This document shows, piece after piece, positions 37,381-47,755 of a stretch of 64,000 nucleotides of DNA. Under the pieces are notes generated by a model. That model was not told the origin of the DNA. It did no database searches and was given only the letters and a program-made list of their open reading frames with translations. A program made the position numbers and the translations under genes. Position 1 is the stretch's first letter, and every line of letters begins with the position of its first letter. The stretch is from an uncultured virus (IMG/VR IMGVR_UViG_3300022660_001620) (Duplodnaviria; Heunggongvirae; Uroviricota; Caudoviricetes), in IMG/VR virus record IMGVR_UViG_3300022660_001620. One strand, given 5' to 3'.

Positions 37381-38829
37381 TCAGCTCAGTGCGGCGGTCA
37401 GGGCTTCGGGGTCAAACTCGATAATGTCCTCGATGTCCTCCGCAGGGGTAAACGGGGTGATGTACTGGTGGAAAGTGATCTTGCCATCCAGCAGATCGGC
37501 GGTGGTGTTCTCGTCCTCGTTAAAGGCGATCTCATACCGGGCGCACACGCCACGGGCCACAAAGCCGTTGCCGCGCACATTCTCGCTGTCCACAATGGCC
37601 TCGATCAGCCGCTTGTTGGCGGGGCTGTCCACCTTGGAGAAGTAGGTGAGAATGAAGCTGTTGGCCGCCCAGGTCAGGAAGCGGCGGACGCTGAACCAGC
37701 GGTCTTTGGGGTCGCTGGTGCCGGGGTAAGCGGCGGTGTTGTTGCCCCACAGGCGGAATCCGTTCATGTTCAGCCAGGTGGCGATGCCAAAGCCGTTCAC
37801 GGTGTTGGCCTGCTCCTGGTCAAGCACCACCTCCGTACCGTCAGCCAGGCAGGCGGCAGAGATCGCAATGGTCTTGTTGCTGGGGCTGACATTGGGGGTG
37901 TCGTCATTCTGCGCGTCGGTGTATGCGGTCAGGGCAGAGGCCAGGGCGGAACCGCTGTACACCACTTCGCCCACCTTGGCGAAAGGCCACACGCCGTATG
38001 CGTTGGCATCGCTCACGGCCTGCTTCTCCTTGGTGGCCTTGACATCGGTGTACTTGGTCGCGCCGTCGGCGCTGCTGTCAATGTCCACGATGCACACAGC
38101 GCCGAAAACGCCGTTGATGCTCTTGGTCTTTGCCTGGAGCGCAGCGGCCACGGTGGGGTCGGCGCTGAAGCGGGGAGCCACCAGAATACCGGGGTTCATG
38201 GACAGCAGGGGATAAATCTGCCGCACCACTTCCAGGCCGGTTTCCTTGCCAGTGTCCGCGTCCACGCTGCCCACGATGTCGGCGGCAGTGACCTTGGAGG
38301 GGTCGATCTTGGTGCCGCTCACGGTCAGGTTGGCAGCGCCGTCGCCCTTGCCGCCGGAGATCAGCACGATAGTCAGGGTGCCGTCGTCGTTCCAGGTGGT
38401 GGTGTAGTCGGTGCCTGCGGTCAGGGCGGTAGCATCGTTCTTGACCACCAGCTTGTCCAGCAGAACGCCCGCCACATCCAGCACCGCCACACCGGCGTTG
38501 ACCTGAACGGCGGTTTCCTCGATGGCGGCGTTGTGCTTGTCGGGGTCAAGGACATTGATCAGCACCATGGGGCCAACGCCCACAACGCTGAAATTGGCGC
38601 TGATGCTCTCGCAGAGGGTGTATTTGGCAAAATCGGGGTTGTAGCCGACGGCCTCCACAGCCTCCTTGTAGTTGTGAACCAGCAGCGGCACATTGACCGC
38701 AGCGGCGGGATTTTTCAGCATATTCACCGGGGCAGTGCCGACGATCACCTGGAGGCCCGCCGTGCCGGTGATGGGGGCGCTCATGCTGGTGGCCTGCTCA
38801 CTGGTGTATACTCCGTGCTTGTAAGCCAT
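37381..38829 (-). CDS. Tail sheath protein
   Basis: MAYKHGVY, VGTAPVN, SPSNK, GFRLWGN, TPFTPAEDI. Confidence 0.9.
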   Translation of the reverse strand: MAYKHGVYTSEQATSMSAPITGTAGLQVIVGTAPVNMLKNPAAAVNVPLLVHNYKEAVEAVGYNPDFAKYTLCESISANFSVVGVGPMVLINVLDPDKHNAAIEETAVQVNAGVAVLDVAGVLLDKLVVKNDATALTAGTDYTTTWNDDGTLTIVLISGGKGDGAANLTVSGTKIDPSKVTAADIVGSVDADTGKETGLEVVRQIYPLLSMNPGILVAPRFSADPTVAAALQAKTKSINGVFGAVCIVDIDSSADGATKYTDVKATKEKQAVSDANAYGVWPFAKVGEVVYSGSALASALTAYTDAQNDDTPNVSPSNKTIAISAACLADGTEVVLDQEQANTVNGFGIATWLNMNGFRLWGNNTAAYPGTSDPKDRWFSVRRFLTWAANSFILTYFSKVDSPANKRLIEAIVDSENVRGNGFVARGVCARYEIAFNEDENTTADLLDGKITFHQYITPFTPAEDIEDIIEFDPEALTAALS

Positions 38830-38844
38830 ACTGTTTCTTCCTCC

Positions 38845-39192
38845 TTACAGTTCGGATTTGATCTTGTGATACAAGATGGCCTCCGCCGTCCCGGCGGTTT
38901 CCATCTGCTTTCGGGTCTGCGCAAAACGCTCCATCGGCACCAGCAGCGCCTTGGCCGCCGGGTGCTGTGCGATAAAGTCATTCAGCGCCGCCGGGATGTC
39001 CCCGGTAAATACGGTGTACTGCTTCACCACACCGCGCACGGTGGGACCGCAGTAAACGCAGGGGCCGCTTTTCGCGGCCACGGTGGCCTCCGCCATAGGC
39101 TCGGCCTCATTCGCCGCCTCCGGGGCGGTCACCGCCGCCGCAGACGCGAAAACGGCCACGGCTTCCGCCACGGCCTCACGCTTTTTACTCAT
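38845..39192 (-). CDS. Phage protein
   Basis: VYCGPTV.G...YTVF; coupled in the tail operon. Confidence 0.6.
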   Translation of the reverse strand: MSKKREAVAEAVAVFASAAAVTAPEAANEAEPMAEATVAAKSGPCVYCGPTVRGVVKQYTVFTGDIPAALNDFIAQHPAAKALLVPMERFAQTRKQMETAGTAEAILYHKIKSEL

Positions 39193-39716
39193 ACCAATTC
39201 CTCCAGTTCGGTGTCTTGGGTCATGGCTGGGGCGGTACAGGTCAGGGTACAGGCCCCGAAATAATACGGATGCGTGTCGTCCTGCTGCATCGCCCAAACG
39301 ATGGGCTTCAAGATCGTAAACGCTCCGCCGAAATACGGCGCGGAACATACCCGCTGGATGATGTCCTCCTTGATGTTCGCCACATCCTGATAGCCCTCCC
39401 GTGCGCCGCCCGTGTCATAGGCGCACACGATCAGGCTGAACTCCACCTTTTGCGGGCCGTCGTCGTCCTCGATCTGTCCGCCCGTCATGCGGGCCACGAT
39501 ATAGGGAGCTGCCGCCGCGTCCGTGTCAACATCGGAATCGTTGTCCTCCGGCACAGGCAAATCCTGCTTGAAGATTCTCAGGGGCTTTCGCCCCTCCTGT
39601 CCGTTGTACTTCTTCCCGGCGAACAGCTCCTCCAGCATTTCGATCAGCGCGTCTTGGCAAAGCTGCGGGGTGCGCCCGATGCCTGCGGCCTTGACCGCGT
39701 TTTTGTAGTCTTTCAT
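39189..39716 (-). CDS. Tail completion/terminator protein
   Basis: Position; APYIVARM, HPYYFG. Confidence 0.6.
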   Translation of the reverse strand: MKDYKNAVKAAGIGRTPQLCQDALIEMLEELFAGKKYNGQEGRKPLRIFKQDLPVPEDNDSDVDTDAAAAPYIVARMTGGQIEDDDGPQKVEFSLIVCAYDTGGAREGYQDVANIKEDIIQRVCSAPYFGGAFTILKPIVWAMQQDDTHPYYFGACTLTCTAPAMTQDTELEELV

Positions 39717-39719
39717 GGG

Positions 39720-40436
39720 TTATCCCTTTCTGGCCGCTCTGTCCAATACCTGACTTATCCGGCGTTCCACAAATTTTTCCAGGTTTTCCGCCGCTTCTTG
39801 GTTTACTCCTCTGTCCCACACAGCTCTGCCCATACTGGACACGCCGGGGCGCTCCATGTCGTATACTTTCTCGATTTTGCCATTCGGACTTTTCCACCTC
39901 GGATAACCTCGGTTTGTTGTTGTCCTTTGGGTGTGAGAATCTAATACGCGCTGCAAGATCGCAAGATGGTCATTCCCACTCTTGGCATTGTGAATGTCCA
40001 CCAGAAAGCCCTTGCTTCTGCCGTTTTCCTCAACCAAGTTTTTATATCCTTCGCTTTGAAGCACTCTTGCCCGGAAGTGGGACGGTGCCGCACCCATTGC
40101 CTTTCCCATATAAGGCCTTTCCGGGGTATGCTCAAAGTAGACGATATTGAGCGGCAAAGCATCATCCTCACCGTGGATAATGGCCAGCAAATCCTTATTC
40201 GTTGCCTTTTTCCTCTGCTTGTAGTCCCGCAGTTTTTCGCGGCCACGGCTTGTCAGTGCATACCGCTGTTCGGCAGCCTTAACGGCATCTCTTGCGGCCT
40301 GCCTCGCGGTGGCGTTGATGGCAACTTTCAATACCGCTGGAGTTTTCTCTTTCAAATCCCCCAGCGCTTTTTCAATATCCTCCAGCCCCGCCACGGTAAT
40401 GGTCAGGTTTCCCGCGTCATAGGTTACGCTGCTCAT
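39720..40436 (-). CDS. Minor tail protein (lambda gpZ-like)
   Basis: VLKVAINATAR...RY; position. Confidence 0.6.
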   Translation of the reverse strand: MSSVTYDAGNLTITVAGLEDIEKALGDLKEKTPAVLKVAINATARQAARDAVKAAEQRYALTSRGREKLRDYKQRKKATNKDLLAIIHGEDDALPLNIVYFEHTPERPYMGKAMGAAPSHFRARVLQSEGYKNLVEENGRSKGFLVDIHNAKSGNDHLAILQRVLDSHTQRTTTNRGYPRWKSPNGKIEKVYDMERPGVSSMGRAVWDRGVNQEAAENLEKFVERRISQVLDRAARKG

Positions 40437-40846
40437 TGCCTCGTCCTTTCCATGGAGATACGGTACACGCCGCTCTGCTCCTCACAGCTCAAAATGCTGT
40501 AAGTGCGCTGCTGCTTCGTACCCTTGTCCATTACCAGGTGCTTGCCCACCTTCGGCTTGGGACCGTAGTCCGCGACGCGGATAAACAGCACGGTATATGC
40601 CGTGTACAGGCCGGTATCGAAATTCTGCTTGGCTCCGGCTTCCCAGTGGGAATTATGCTCTTTCAGGCCGTAGTCCTCCAGAATGACCAGCGCTTCCTTG
40701 CCGTCAACCGTGTGGAGGTCTGCGTGTTCGTTCCCGTCAAAGAAAGTCAGGTCGATGTCCGCCGCCGCGCAGTCCTTGAAAGTGGGCATCTTCCATTCCT
40801 CCGCCGGGCCGGAGCCATATTCCTGTTCCAGTTCAAATAGCGCCAT
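40433..40846 (-). CDS. Head-tail connector (gpFII-like)
   Basis: TFKD....DI...FF...E.A..H.VDG. Confidence 0.6.
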   Translation of the reverse strand: MALFELEQEYGSGPAEEWKMPTFKDCAAADIDLTFFDGNEHADLHTVDGKEALVILEDYGLKEHNSHWEAGAKQNFDTGLYTAYTVLFIRVADYGPKPKVGKHLVMDKGTKQQRTYSILSCEEQSGVYRISMERTRQ

Positions 40847-40902
40847 CGCTTACCTCCGCAGAAAAATTCCCCCGCCTGCACGCGCAGGCAGGGGATATGT
40901 CG

Positions 40903-41955
40903 TTAGCACACGGTAGCCACCAGCCAGCTATCCACCTTGTCGGGGATGGGCAGGGGGTGAGCCTGCAGCTCCACCATGCGGCGGTCGGGGTGATGCTCCA
41001 CATAGCTGCGCAGCAGGCGGGAAGTCTGGGCAGTGACCCACAGGCCGTTGGCACCCTCGATGTAGGTACAGGCACCATAGGCCATCATGTAGTTGGGCTT
41101 GGAGCTGATCAGGATAACGGCGTTGTCGGGGATAAGGGCCTTGGTGGCAGGGGCGGCGGGGTCAGTCCAGTCGTCGTAGTACACCTCGCCATAGGTGTAC
41201 AGGTCAAGGCTGGGGTCGGCCAGGTGGCCCAGGTATCTCACGCCGTTGGGCAGATCGCGGGGGGCGATCTCGCCCATGTTCATGCGGCGGTTGTCCAGCA
41301 TCTTCTGCACCTTGGCATCGTCAAAGAACAGCTTCTTTGCCGTCTTGCCCATGATGAGGGTGTCCACATTGGCAAAGCCGCCGTGCAGCACCTTGTCCAC
41401 CCAGTCGCCCAGGTTGCCCAGGATGTTGGCCTTGGAGCCGCCCCAAACATTGTCGCCCTCCAGAGTGACCTTGTTGGTAAAGCCAAAGTCGATCACTTCA
41501 TTCACGCCCTCGCCGACCACGGGAATCTGGCCGGTAACGATTGCCTGAACGGCCATCCACTCCTCACGGCGGGTAGTAGCGTCATTCAGGGTGGCGTACT
41601 CCTCCATCAGCTTGCGGGCCGCCCGCTGGGCGGGGGTCATGCCGCTGTACAGATCTTCACCGGGCAGGCGGGTCATAAGCTGGTCGGCAGTGGTCACATC
41701 GTAGGGATTGACCAGAGGGGGCTTGTAGCTCTCGGTGGTGTAGCCGTTGGCTTTCAGCACCTTGCCGCCCACGCGGGGGTGTACGAAAGCGGCCATACGG
41801 CGATCACCCTTAACCAGATCAATGTCCACGCGCTCGGTAGCAAAGGTCTTGATGTTGGTAAAGAAAGTGTCGCGGAAATAGGTGTGGGTCGCGGGAGCCT
41901 GCTTCACGACCTCCGCCAGATAGCGGGGGCTGTAAATGTTCACTTCATTAGGCAT
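40903..41955 (-). CDS. Major capsid protein (lambda gpE family)
   Basis: FRDTFF, RRMAAFVHP, RREEWMAVQA, PLPIP. Confidence 0.9.
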   Translation of the reverse strand: MPNEVNIYSPRYLAEVVKQAPATHTYFRDTFFTNIKTFATERVDIDLVKGDRRMAAFVHPRVGGKVLKANGYTTESYKPPLVNPYDVTTADQLMTRLPGEDLYSGMTPAQRAARKLMEEYATLNDATTRREEWMAVQAIVTGQIPVVGEGVNEVIDFGFTNKVTLEGDNVWGGSKANILGNLGDWVDKVLHGGFANVDTLIMGKTAKKLFFDDAKVQKMLDNRRMNMGEIAPRDLPNGVRYLGHLADPSLDLYTYGEVYYDDWTDPAAPATKALIPDNAVILISSKPNYMMAYGACTYIEGANGLWVTAQTSRLLRSYVEHHPDRRMVELQAHPLPIPDKVDSWLVATVC

Positions 41956-41968
41956 TTTGTTGTCCTCC

Positions 41969-42313
41969 TTACTTCAAGAAAATACCGATGTTGCGCAGGG
42001 CCACTTCCACATCAGCGGCAGTAGCGCCGTCGGGCAGCACCAGCGTATCGGCAAAGAACTCGCCGGACAGGTAAACGATACCGTCCTCACCGGCACCGGC
42101 AGCCTCCGCCATGATGCCGTACAGGCCGTCGGTGGTAACAGCGCCGTCCGCCACGGTGATGGCAGCCAGCTTGCCGTCGCCGTTCAGGACGACGACAGCG
42201 CCGCGCTCCAGAGCTGCGGCAGTTTCCTTGGTTGCGGTCACGATCTCCGCAACGCCCGCAATCAGATAGTCGGGCTGGGTGGAAAAGGTCTTTTTCTCCA
42301 AATCCATGCTCAT
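41969..42313 (-). CDS. Head decoration protein D-like
   Basis: LERGAVV, YGIMAE, VYLSGEF, LRNIGIFLK. Confidence 0.8.
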   Translation of the reverse strand: MSMDLEKKTFSTQPDYLIAGVAEIVTATKETAAALERGAVVVLNGDGKLAAITVADGAVTTDGLYGIMAEAAGAGEDGIVYLSGEFFADTLVLPDGATAADVEVALRNIGIFLK

Positions 42314-42327
42314 GTCGTTATCCTCCC

Positions 42328-43419
42328 TTACTTATTCTTGCCCACGGACTTGATCGCGTCCATGAACTCGTCGGGCTTCTTGCCGCCGGTAGTGTCGTTG
42401 CTCACGCCGCCCATGCCGCTCTTACCGGCATCTGCGGTAGCGCCGTTCAGCCAGGCGTTGCCCTGCTCCTTGGCCTTTTTCATGGCGGCCTTGGCATAGT
42501 CGCTGGCACTGATGGGCTTGGTGAACTTGGCCTCAAAGGTCTGTTCCTCGTTGCCGGGCAGTGCCATTTCCTCGATGTCCTGGATGCGCTGGCGCTCCGC
42601 GCTCTGTGCCTGCTGCGCCGCCGCCTCCTCGATCTCGTTGACCAGCGCAGGATAGGCACTGCGCAGATCGTTCGCGGTCTTGATTTCGTTTGCCATGTCG
42701 TTTACCTCCTTATGGCAATTTTTATTTACAAAACATCCGGCGGCGGGGGCTGCTGCCTTGCTGTTCTGTACGAAAGTCGGTGCCTTATCAAAAGGCAGAT
42801 TCATGTTGACGCTGTTGATAAACAGCAGGCCGTCGCGGTTCTCCACAACGGTTTCTTCTTCCTCGTCCACCAGCTCGTCAACAAAGCCGTTGGCCTTGGC
42901 CTCCGCGCTCGTCCACCAGCTCGTCGCGTCCATCCATCCGGCCACCTCGTCCTTGTCCCTGCCGGTCTTTTTGACATACAGAGAAACGATGCTCTCCCGG
43001 ATCGCCGCAAGGGCTTCGATGTACTTCTGCAATTCGTCGGCGTTGTAGTAGCCGTAGGCTCCCATTCTCACGGGATGCACCATGTAGGTGCTGTCGTTGG
43101 CCGCCACCACCTTGGAGCAGTGGCAGGCGACGATGGTTGCGGCGCTGGCGCACAGGCCGTCGATCTTGGCCGTCACCTCCGCCGGGTGCTGCTCCAGCTG
43201 ATTGCCGATGGCCTGCGCGGCGAACACATCACCGCCGCCGCTGTTGATGCGCACCACGATCTTGTCCAGTGCGCCCAGCCCGGAAAGCTCCTCGGCAAAC
43301 TGCCTGGGGGTCACTTCATCGCCCCACCAGCTCGTCTGCGAAATGTCGCCGTACAGCAGCAGCTCCACGGTGTTGCCCACCTGATTGCAGAACTGCCAGA
43401 ATTTCTTTGCGTTGGGCAT
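42328..43419 (-). CDS. ClpP-type head maturation protease/scaffold
   Basis: RINSGGGDVF, DGLCASAAT, YMVHP, GFVDE. Confidence 0.9.
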   Translation of the reverse strand: MPNAKKFWQFCNQVGNTVELLLYGDISQTSWWGDEVTPRQFAEELSGLGALDKIVVRINSGGGDVFAAQAIGNQLEQHPAEVTAKIDGLCASAATIVACHCSKVVAANDSTYMVHPVRMGAYGYYNADELQKYIEALAAIRESIVSLYVKKTGRDKDEVAGWMDATSWWTSAEAKANGFVDELVDEEEETVVENRDGLLFINSVNMNLPFDKAPTFVQNSKAAAPAAGCFVNKNCHKEVNDMANEIKTANDLRSAYPALVNEIEEAAAQQAQSAERQRIQDIEEMALPGNEEQTFEAKFTKPISASDYAKAAMKKAKEQGNAWLNGATADAGKSGMGGVSNDTTGGKKPDEFMDAIKSVGKNK

Positions 43420-43429
43420 TGTTTTCCTC

Positions 43430-45031
43430 CTATTCTCCCGCCGGGGCCTTGGGCGGCTCCGCCGGATTTGTGATCTCGTCCACCTCGCGCTTGCGCTTGG
43501 CTTCAATGGCTCGCTGCCTGATGTTGCGGTTGTAATCGCCGCCGGTCATTTGGGCGGTTTCTTCCTGCGCGGTGGAGAATCCTGCACCCACGCGCTTGAT
43601 GGCCGCGTCAACCTCCTGCACCGGGTTCAGGTTTGTTCTGGCCGGGCCGTTCCAGGAGCAGGCGGTATACGCCTTTCGGATGGCCGGGTCGCTGAAAAAG
43701 CCGGGGGCCTTGATGCGGCCACGGGCCACGGCCTCCGTAAACCATTCCTCATAGATCGGCTGGCAGAAGTCGTCCACGAACCAGTCCCGCTGCATACTGC
43801 AAGTGCGCCAGAACTCGTTAAGTGCGCCACGGGCGGCGCTGTAACTGGTGGTGAACTGCTTTAACATGACCTCCGGCGGGATTTCCAGCGCCGCGCCGAT
43901 CAGCCTGATCGTGGCGTTGGTAAAGGTGTCGTAGCCGCTGTTGGGGTGCTTGGGGTCGGCAAACTGTACCTCCTCGCCGGGGTTAAGGTCGATGATCGCG
44001 CCCGGCCCCAGCTCAATGCTGTTCGGGTCCTGGGTGTCGATCAGCTCCTCCGCCGGTATCATTTCGCCAAACGGCCTGCCGTCGTTGGGCGCTTCGGATT
44101 TCACGAACACCGTAAACATGGCCGAAAGCACCGCCGCCGTGATCTCCGCGTCGGTGTATCTGCCCAACTGCTTCAGACTTTCCAGCACAGGGGCAAGGAT
44201 TGGAACGCCGCGCCGCTGGCCCGCCCGCTCCCGGTTCATCACATGGAGGACATTGCGGCGGCCTGTCTGCTGGCCGTATGCCTCTACCCGCGTCCAGGTC
44301 ATGCCCTCCGCGTCAACGGCGCTGTTGCTGCCCAGCGGGTGCCGGTTGCAAATCCAGTAGGCCACCACCATGCCGTCGGCATCCGTTTCAATGCCCTGCA
44401 CGATGTTGTGAACTTCGTACCCGTGAACATTGCACGGCATCAGCCTGTCGTGGCCGTCCGGGCTGCATACCCGGTCAGCCTCCACCAGCCGCACACGCAG
44501 ATCATAGGGCTGTCCCCGCTGCGGCTTCATCGGCAGCAGGGTTATGGTGTCGCCGTTCATCAGGTAGCTTAAATACGCAAGCTGCTGGAGCTTGTAGAAG
44601 TTATCCACCCGGTCAGCATCGCATACGGGCGTATCGGCCCAAAGGCCAAATTCCCGGACGATCTGCGCCTGCAGCTCCTCGGTCTGCTCCGCCGTCAGCC
44701 CCAGGTAATCCCCGTCGATCTGCGGCGCGGGCATCAGGCCGCTTGCTATCACATTCGTGCGCATGGTTTTCAGGGCTGCCGCCGCCGTGGGGATTCCCAT
44801 ATAGGCATCGCGGCTGCGCTGGCGCAGCACATCAATGTTGTCCTCGATGTCCTCCTTGGCGCTTCCGCCGTGGTACTCCCAGCCTCTCATGCTCTTTTTG
44901 GTCAGGTTTGCGCCGTAATTTCCGTACCCGCTGTTGATAACGGACATGGCGGCCCGTGCCGCCGCCCGTTTCGCTGCGTGTATCGGGGCGACAGCGGCAA
45001 CCGCTCTGTCAAAGATATTCGGTTTTGCCAT
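43430..45031 (-). CDS. Portal protein (lambda family)
   Basis: LRQRSRD, RAGQRRGVP, SYSAAR, NPVQEV. Confidence 0.9.
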   Translation of the reverse strand: MAKPNIFDRAVAAVAPIHAAKRAAARAAMSVINSGYGNYGANLTKKSMRGWEYHGGSAKEDIEDNIDVLRQRSRDAYMGIPTAAAALKTMRTNVIASGLMPAPQIDGDYLGLTAEQTEELQAQIVREFGLWADTPVCDADRVDNFYKLQQLAYLSYLMNGDTITLLPMKPQRGQPYDLRVRLVEADRVCSPDGHDRLMPCNVHGYEVHNIVQGIETDADGMVVAYWICNRHPLGSNSAVDAEGMTWTRVEAYGQQTGRRNVLHVMNRERAGQRRGVPILAPVLESLKQLGRYTDAEITAAVLSAMFTVFVKSEAPNDGRPFGEMIPAEELIDTQDPNSIELGPGAIIDLNPGEEVQFADPKHPNSGYDTFTNATIRLIGAALEIPPEVMLKQFTTSYSAARGALNEFWRTCSMQRDWFVDDFCQPIYEEWFTEAVARGRIKAPGFFSDPAIRKAYTACSWNGPARTNLNPVQEVDAAIKRVGAGFSTAQEETAQMTGGDYNRNIRQRAIEAKRKREVDEITNPAEPPKAPAGE

Positions 45032-45042
45032 CTGTGACCTCC

Positions 45043-45279
45043 TCATACATCACGGGCAACAAGCCGGTATGCGCGGTTTCTTCCGCCGCTCTTTTCCTCG
45101 GCCTCCGCCTCGGCCAGCTTGGCCGCCCAGTATTCCATTTCCTCGCGGATTTGTTTCAGGTCTGCCCGCGTCAGCATACGGCTCCCGATTTGGTAGCTCT
45201 GGCCCGTTGCCACCGCTTCCTCGGCGGCAAGCCATGTGTTCAGCTTCTTTTTGCACAGCTCTTTCGAGAAAACTGCCAT
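45043..45279 (-). CDS. Head-tail joining protein gpW-like (DUF6148)
   Basis: WLAAEEAVATGQSYQIGSRMLTRADL. Confidence 0.8.
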   Translation of the reverse strand: MAVFSKELCKKKLNTWLAAEEAVATGQSYQIGSRMLTRADLKQIREEMEYWAAKLAEAEAEEKSGGRNRAYRLVARDV

Positions 45280-47115
45280 TTAGATTCCTCCCCGCATCCG
45301 GCGGCCCGCCGGGCGTTTTCTTGGCTGGGGCGCTCCCTCGGCAATTTGCAGTACCGGGTTTGCGATCTCCAGCGCAGCGGTGGCGTAATTGCGCAAGTCC
45401 AGCGGCTCGTTGCGTTTGTGCTTGCTATCTTTCAGCTCCCACACCACAACGCTTCTGCCCTTGCGGAAGCGCACCACCATTTTTTCAGCCGTAAGGCCCT
45501 TGAAATATTGCTCGTCGTACCCCGCTTCCTCGTTCATGGGGAAGTGGCAGTAGTTCGGCCCCTTGGTTTCATGCCGCAATCTCTGGTAAAGCAGGGCCTT
45601 TCCCGCGTCTACGCCGATGGTGAACAGCGGCGCTTTCACGCGGTTGTTGGTGGACGGGTTTCGGATGTACGGCACTTCCGCGCCGCCCTTGCCCTTGATG
45701 GCCCACACCTTGCGCTCATACCTGTCTTTGGTGAAGCGGTAAACCTGATCGGCGTGGTGGCCGCCGCTGTCCATACAGCAGCTAATGATGTGCAGCGTCG
45801 TTCCGTCCTGCTTCTTAAAGCCGGTCAGCAGGAAGTTGTCCAGATCGTTCCACACCTGTTCTTTCAGCAGATCGCCGTAAATCTTCTGGTAGCGGATGCC
45901 CCAGCTTTCCTTGCCGATGCCCCAGCCCACCACTTCGACCTCAAAGCGGTCATCCTGCACATCCACGCCAGCGGTCAGCACCAGCACATCGTCCGGCACA
46001 TCCGCCGGGTACAGCTCCCGCCGGTTGTAAAGCTCGGTGTCCTCCAGCCGCTCGCCCTGCTCCTCCCAGGTTTCGCCCAGTTCGGTATTGACCCATGTTT
46101 TCATGCCCTCCGGGTTGCCCTGGTCAAGCTGTTCTTTCGCCACAAGGAATTTCTGCACGACCTCTTTCCAGGAGCAAAAGGTGGATGCCAGCGTATTCAG
46201 GTGGAACCCCCGCGCCTCCGCTTCCGGGTTTTCCGCCACAAAGCGCCCGTGTTTGCTGGCCGCTTTCCACTGGTATTCACCCGAAACAACGCCGCACCGC
46301 TCGCACTTGTAAAGCACTTCGCCCGTGGGGTTGTCCCGGTCAAAGATCACATTCGCCCACACAAGGGGCTGGTAATGCCCGCAGTCCGGGCATGGTACAT
46401 TCCATTCCTCCCGTGTGCTTTGGTTGAACTCCGTTTCAATGCGGCTGCTGCCTTTCAGCACCGGCGTACTGACGATCACGGTTTTCTTGTCCCAAAAGGT
46501 CGTCTGGCGCTTTTGGGCAAGGCTCAAAGGGTCGCCCTCCGTTCCGGCGCTGGCCGGGTATCGGTCAACCTCGTCGGCCAGCAGCACCTTGATCGGGCGG
46601 CTTGCAAGGCCCGTCGCGCTGTTCGCGCCTACGATGGTGATGTGTCCGCCGGGGAAATTCTTTTTCATGATCGTGTTTCCCGAATAGCGGCTTTTCACAT
46701 CCACCTTGTCCCGCAGTTCCGGGGTGTCACGAATCATGGGGGCCAGTCTGTCCTTGGAAAAGGTCTGGCCCATGTCAAGGGTCGGCTGCATAACGAGGAT
46801 GGGCGCTGGCGCATAGTCCATGTAATAGCCTATGGTATTCAGCACAAAGGCATCGGTCTTGCCGATCTGCGCGGCGCTCATAATGACCACCTTGCGGATA
46901 TGCGGGTCACCTATCGCGTCCATGATCTCCCGCTGATACGGGGCCTTGTCCGTGTGCCATCGGCCCGGCTCGGCGCTGCTCTCCGCCGAAAGCATCCTGT
47001 ATTTGTCTGCCCACTGGCTCAATGTCAGCTCCGGGGGCGGTTTCAGCACCGCCACGCACCGGGCCAGCATATCCATCGTGGACTTTGGAATATCAATCAG
47101 CTTTTGTTTCTTCAT
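45280..47115 (-). CDS. Terminase large subunit (GpA family)
   Basis: SAAQIGKT, LADEVDRYP, STP, CPDC, AGVDVQ, DSGG, RNEPLD. Confidence 0.95.
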   Translation of the reverse strand: MKKQKLIDIPKSTMDMLARCVAVLKPPPELTLSQWADKYRMLSAESSAEPGRWHTDKAPYQREIMDAIGDPHIRKVVIMSAAQIGKTDAFVLNTIGYYMDYAPAPILVMQPTLDMGQTFSKDRLAPMIRDTPELRDKVDVKSRYSGNTIMKKNFPGGHITIVGANSATGLASRPIKVLLADEVDRYPASAGTEGDPLSLAQKRQTTFWDKKTVIVSTPVLKGSSRIETEFNQSTREEWNVPCPDCGHYQPLVWANVIFDRDNPTGEVLYKCERCGVVSGEYQWKAASKHGRFVAENPEAEARGFHLNTLASTFCSWKEVVQKFLVAKEQLDQGNPEGMKTWVNTELGETWEEQGERLEDTELYNRRELYPADVPDDVLVLTAGVDVQDDRFEVEVVGWGIGKESWGIRYQKIYGDLLKEQVWNDLDNFLLTGFKKQDGTTLHIISCCMDSGGHHADQVYRFTKDRYERKVWAIKGKGGAEVPYIRNPSTNNRVKAPLFTIGVDAGKALLYQRLRHETKGPNYCHFPMNEEAGYDEQYFKGLTAEKMVVRFRKGRSVVVWELKDSKHKRNEPLDLRNYATAALEIANPVLQIAEGAPQPRKRPAGRRMRGGI

Positions 47116-47284
47116 GGTCTGTTGCCTTTGTGCGGGGCCACAGGCGCTTGTATTCCTCCCTCATGCACTTCGGGAACAGACACAGCACCTTGTCCTCGCT
47201 GGTGTGTGTCCGCCACACGCAGCCCTCGCACGGGTGTTTAGCTTTCTTCTTCCTCTCCATCGCGTTCACCGTCCTGTACCGCAA
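47093..47284 (-). CDS. Small Cys-rich protein
   Basis: HPCEGCVW...CLFPKCM; overlaps both terminase genes. Confidence 0.45.
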   Translation of the reverse strand: MRYRTVNAMERKKKAKHPCEGCVWRTHTSEDKVLCLFPKCMREEYKRLWPRTKATDHEETKAD

Positions 47285-47726
47285 AGGCCACCTTGTAATC
47301 GCTCAATTCCTCCAGCGTTTCGTCGATGGCCTTTTTCAGCTCGTCAAAAATGGCGGTCTGGTTCCCGCCCATGCTCGCCAGGGCGGGGGACAGCTTGGCG
47401 GGCAGTGCCAGAAAACGGCTCCTCATGTTCAGGAACATGGTTTTGATTCCCTGCTCTATGTCCTCCGTGCGGTGTGTTTCACCCCGCCGCAGCGCATTGT
47501 CCATTTCCGCCGCCTTGCGCTTTTCGGCGGTCAGCAGCATACGCTCGTTGTTCAGGCTCTCCTTGCCCGCTCCGCCGATGTAGCTGATATACCGGGCTAC
47601 CGTCGGCTGTAATTCATACAGTCCGGGCCGGGCCTCCACGATCACGCCCTCGTCCCGGAGCTGCCGCACCCGGCGCTCGGTCAGGCAAAGCCACTGGGCG
47701 ACGACCTTGCTTGTGTATAACCTCAT
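47238..47726 (-). CDS. Terminase small subunit (Nu1-like)
   Basis: HTH VAQWLCLTERRVRQL; coiled coil; FLALPAKL. Confidence 0.85.
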   Translation of the reverse strand: MRLYTSKVVAQWLCLTERRVRQLRDEGVIVEARPGLYELQPTVARYISYIGGAGKESLNNERMLLTAEKRKAAEMDNALRRGETHRTEDIEQGIKTMFLNMRSRFLALPAKLSPALASMGGNQTAIFDELKKAIDETLEELSDYKVAFAVQDGERDGEEEES

Positions 47727-47755
47727 AGCGCCTCCTCGATCTCATGGTCAAATGC

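Noticed and set aside
40903..47115. Lambda-type head joined to a P2-type tail as a novelty
   Set aside because: Common architecture among gut Clostridia prophages.
19962..47241. Long + strand ORFs (e.g. 19962-22199, 25794-27728, 32539-34761, 37468-39264, 44956-47241)
   Set aside because: Antisense shadows of high-GC phage genes; no motifs.
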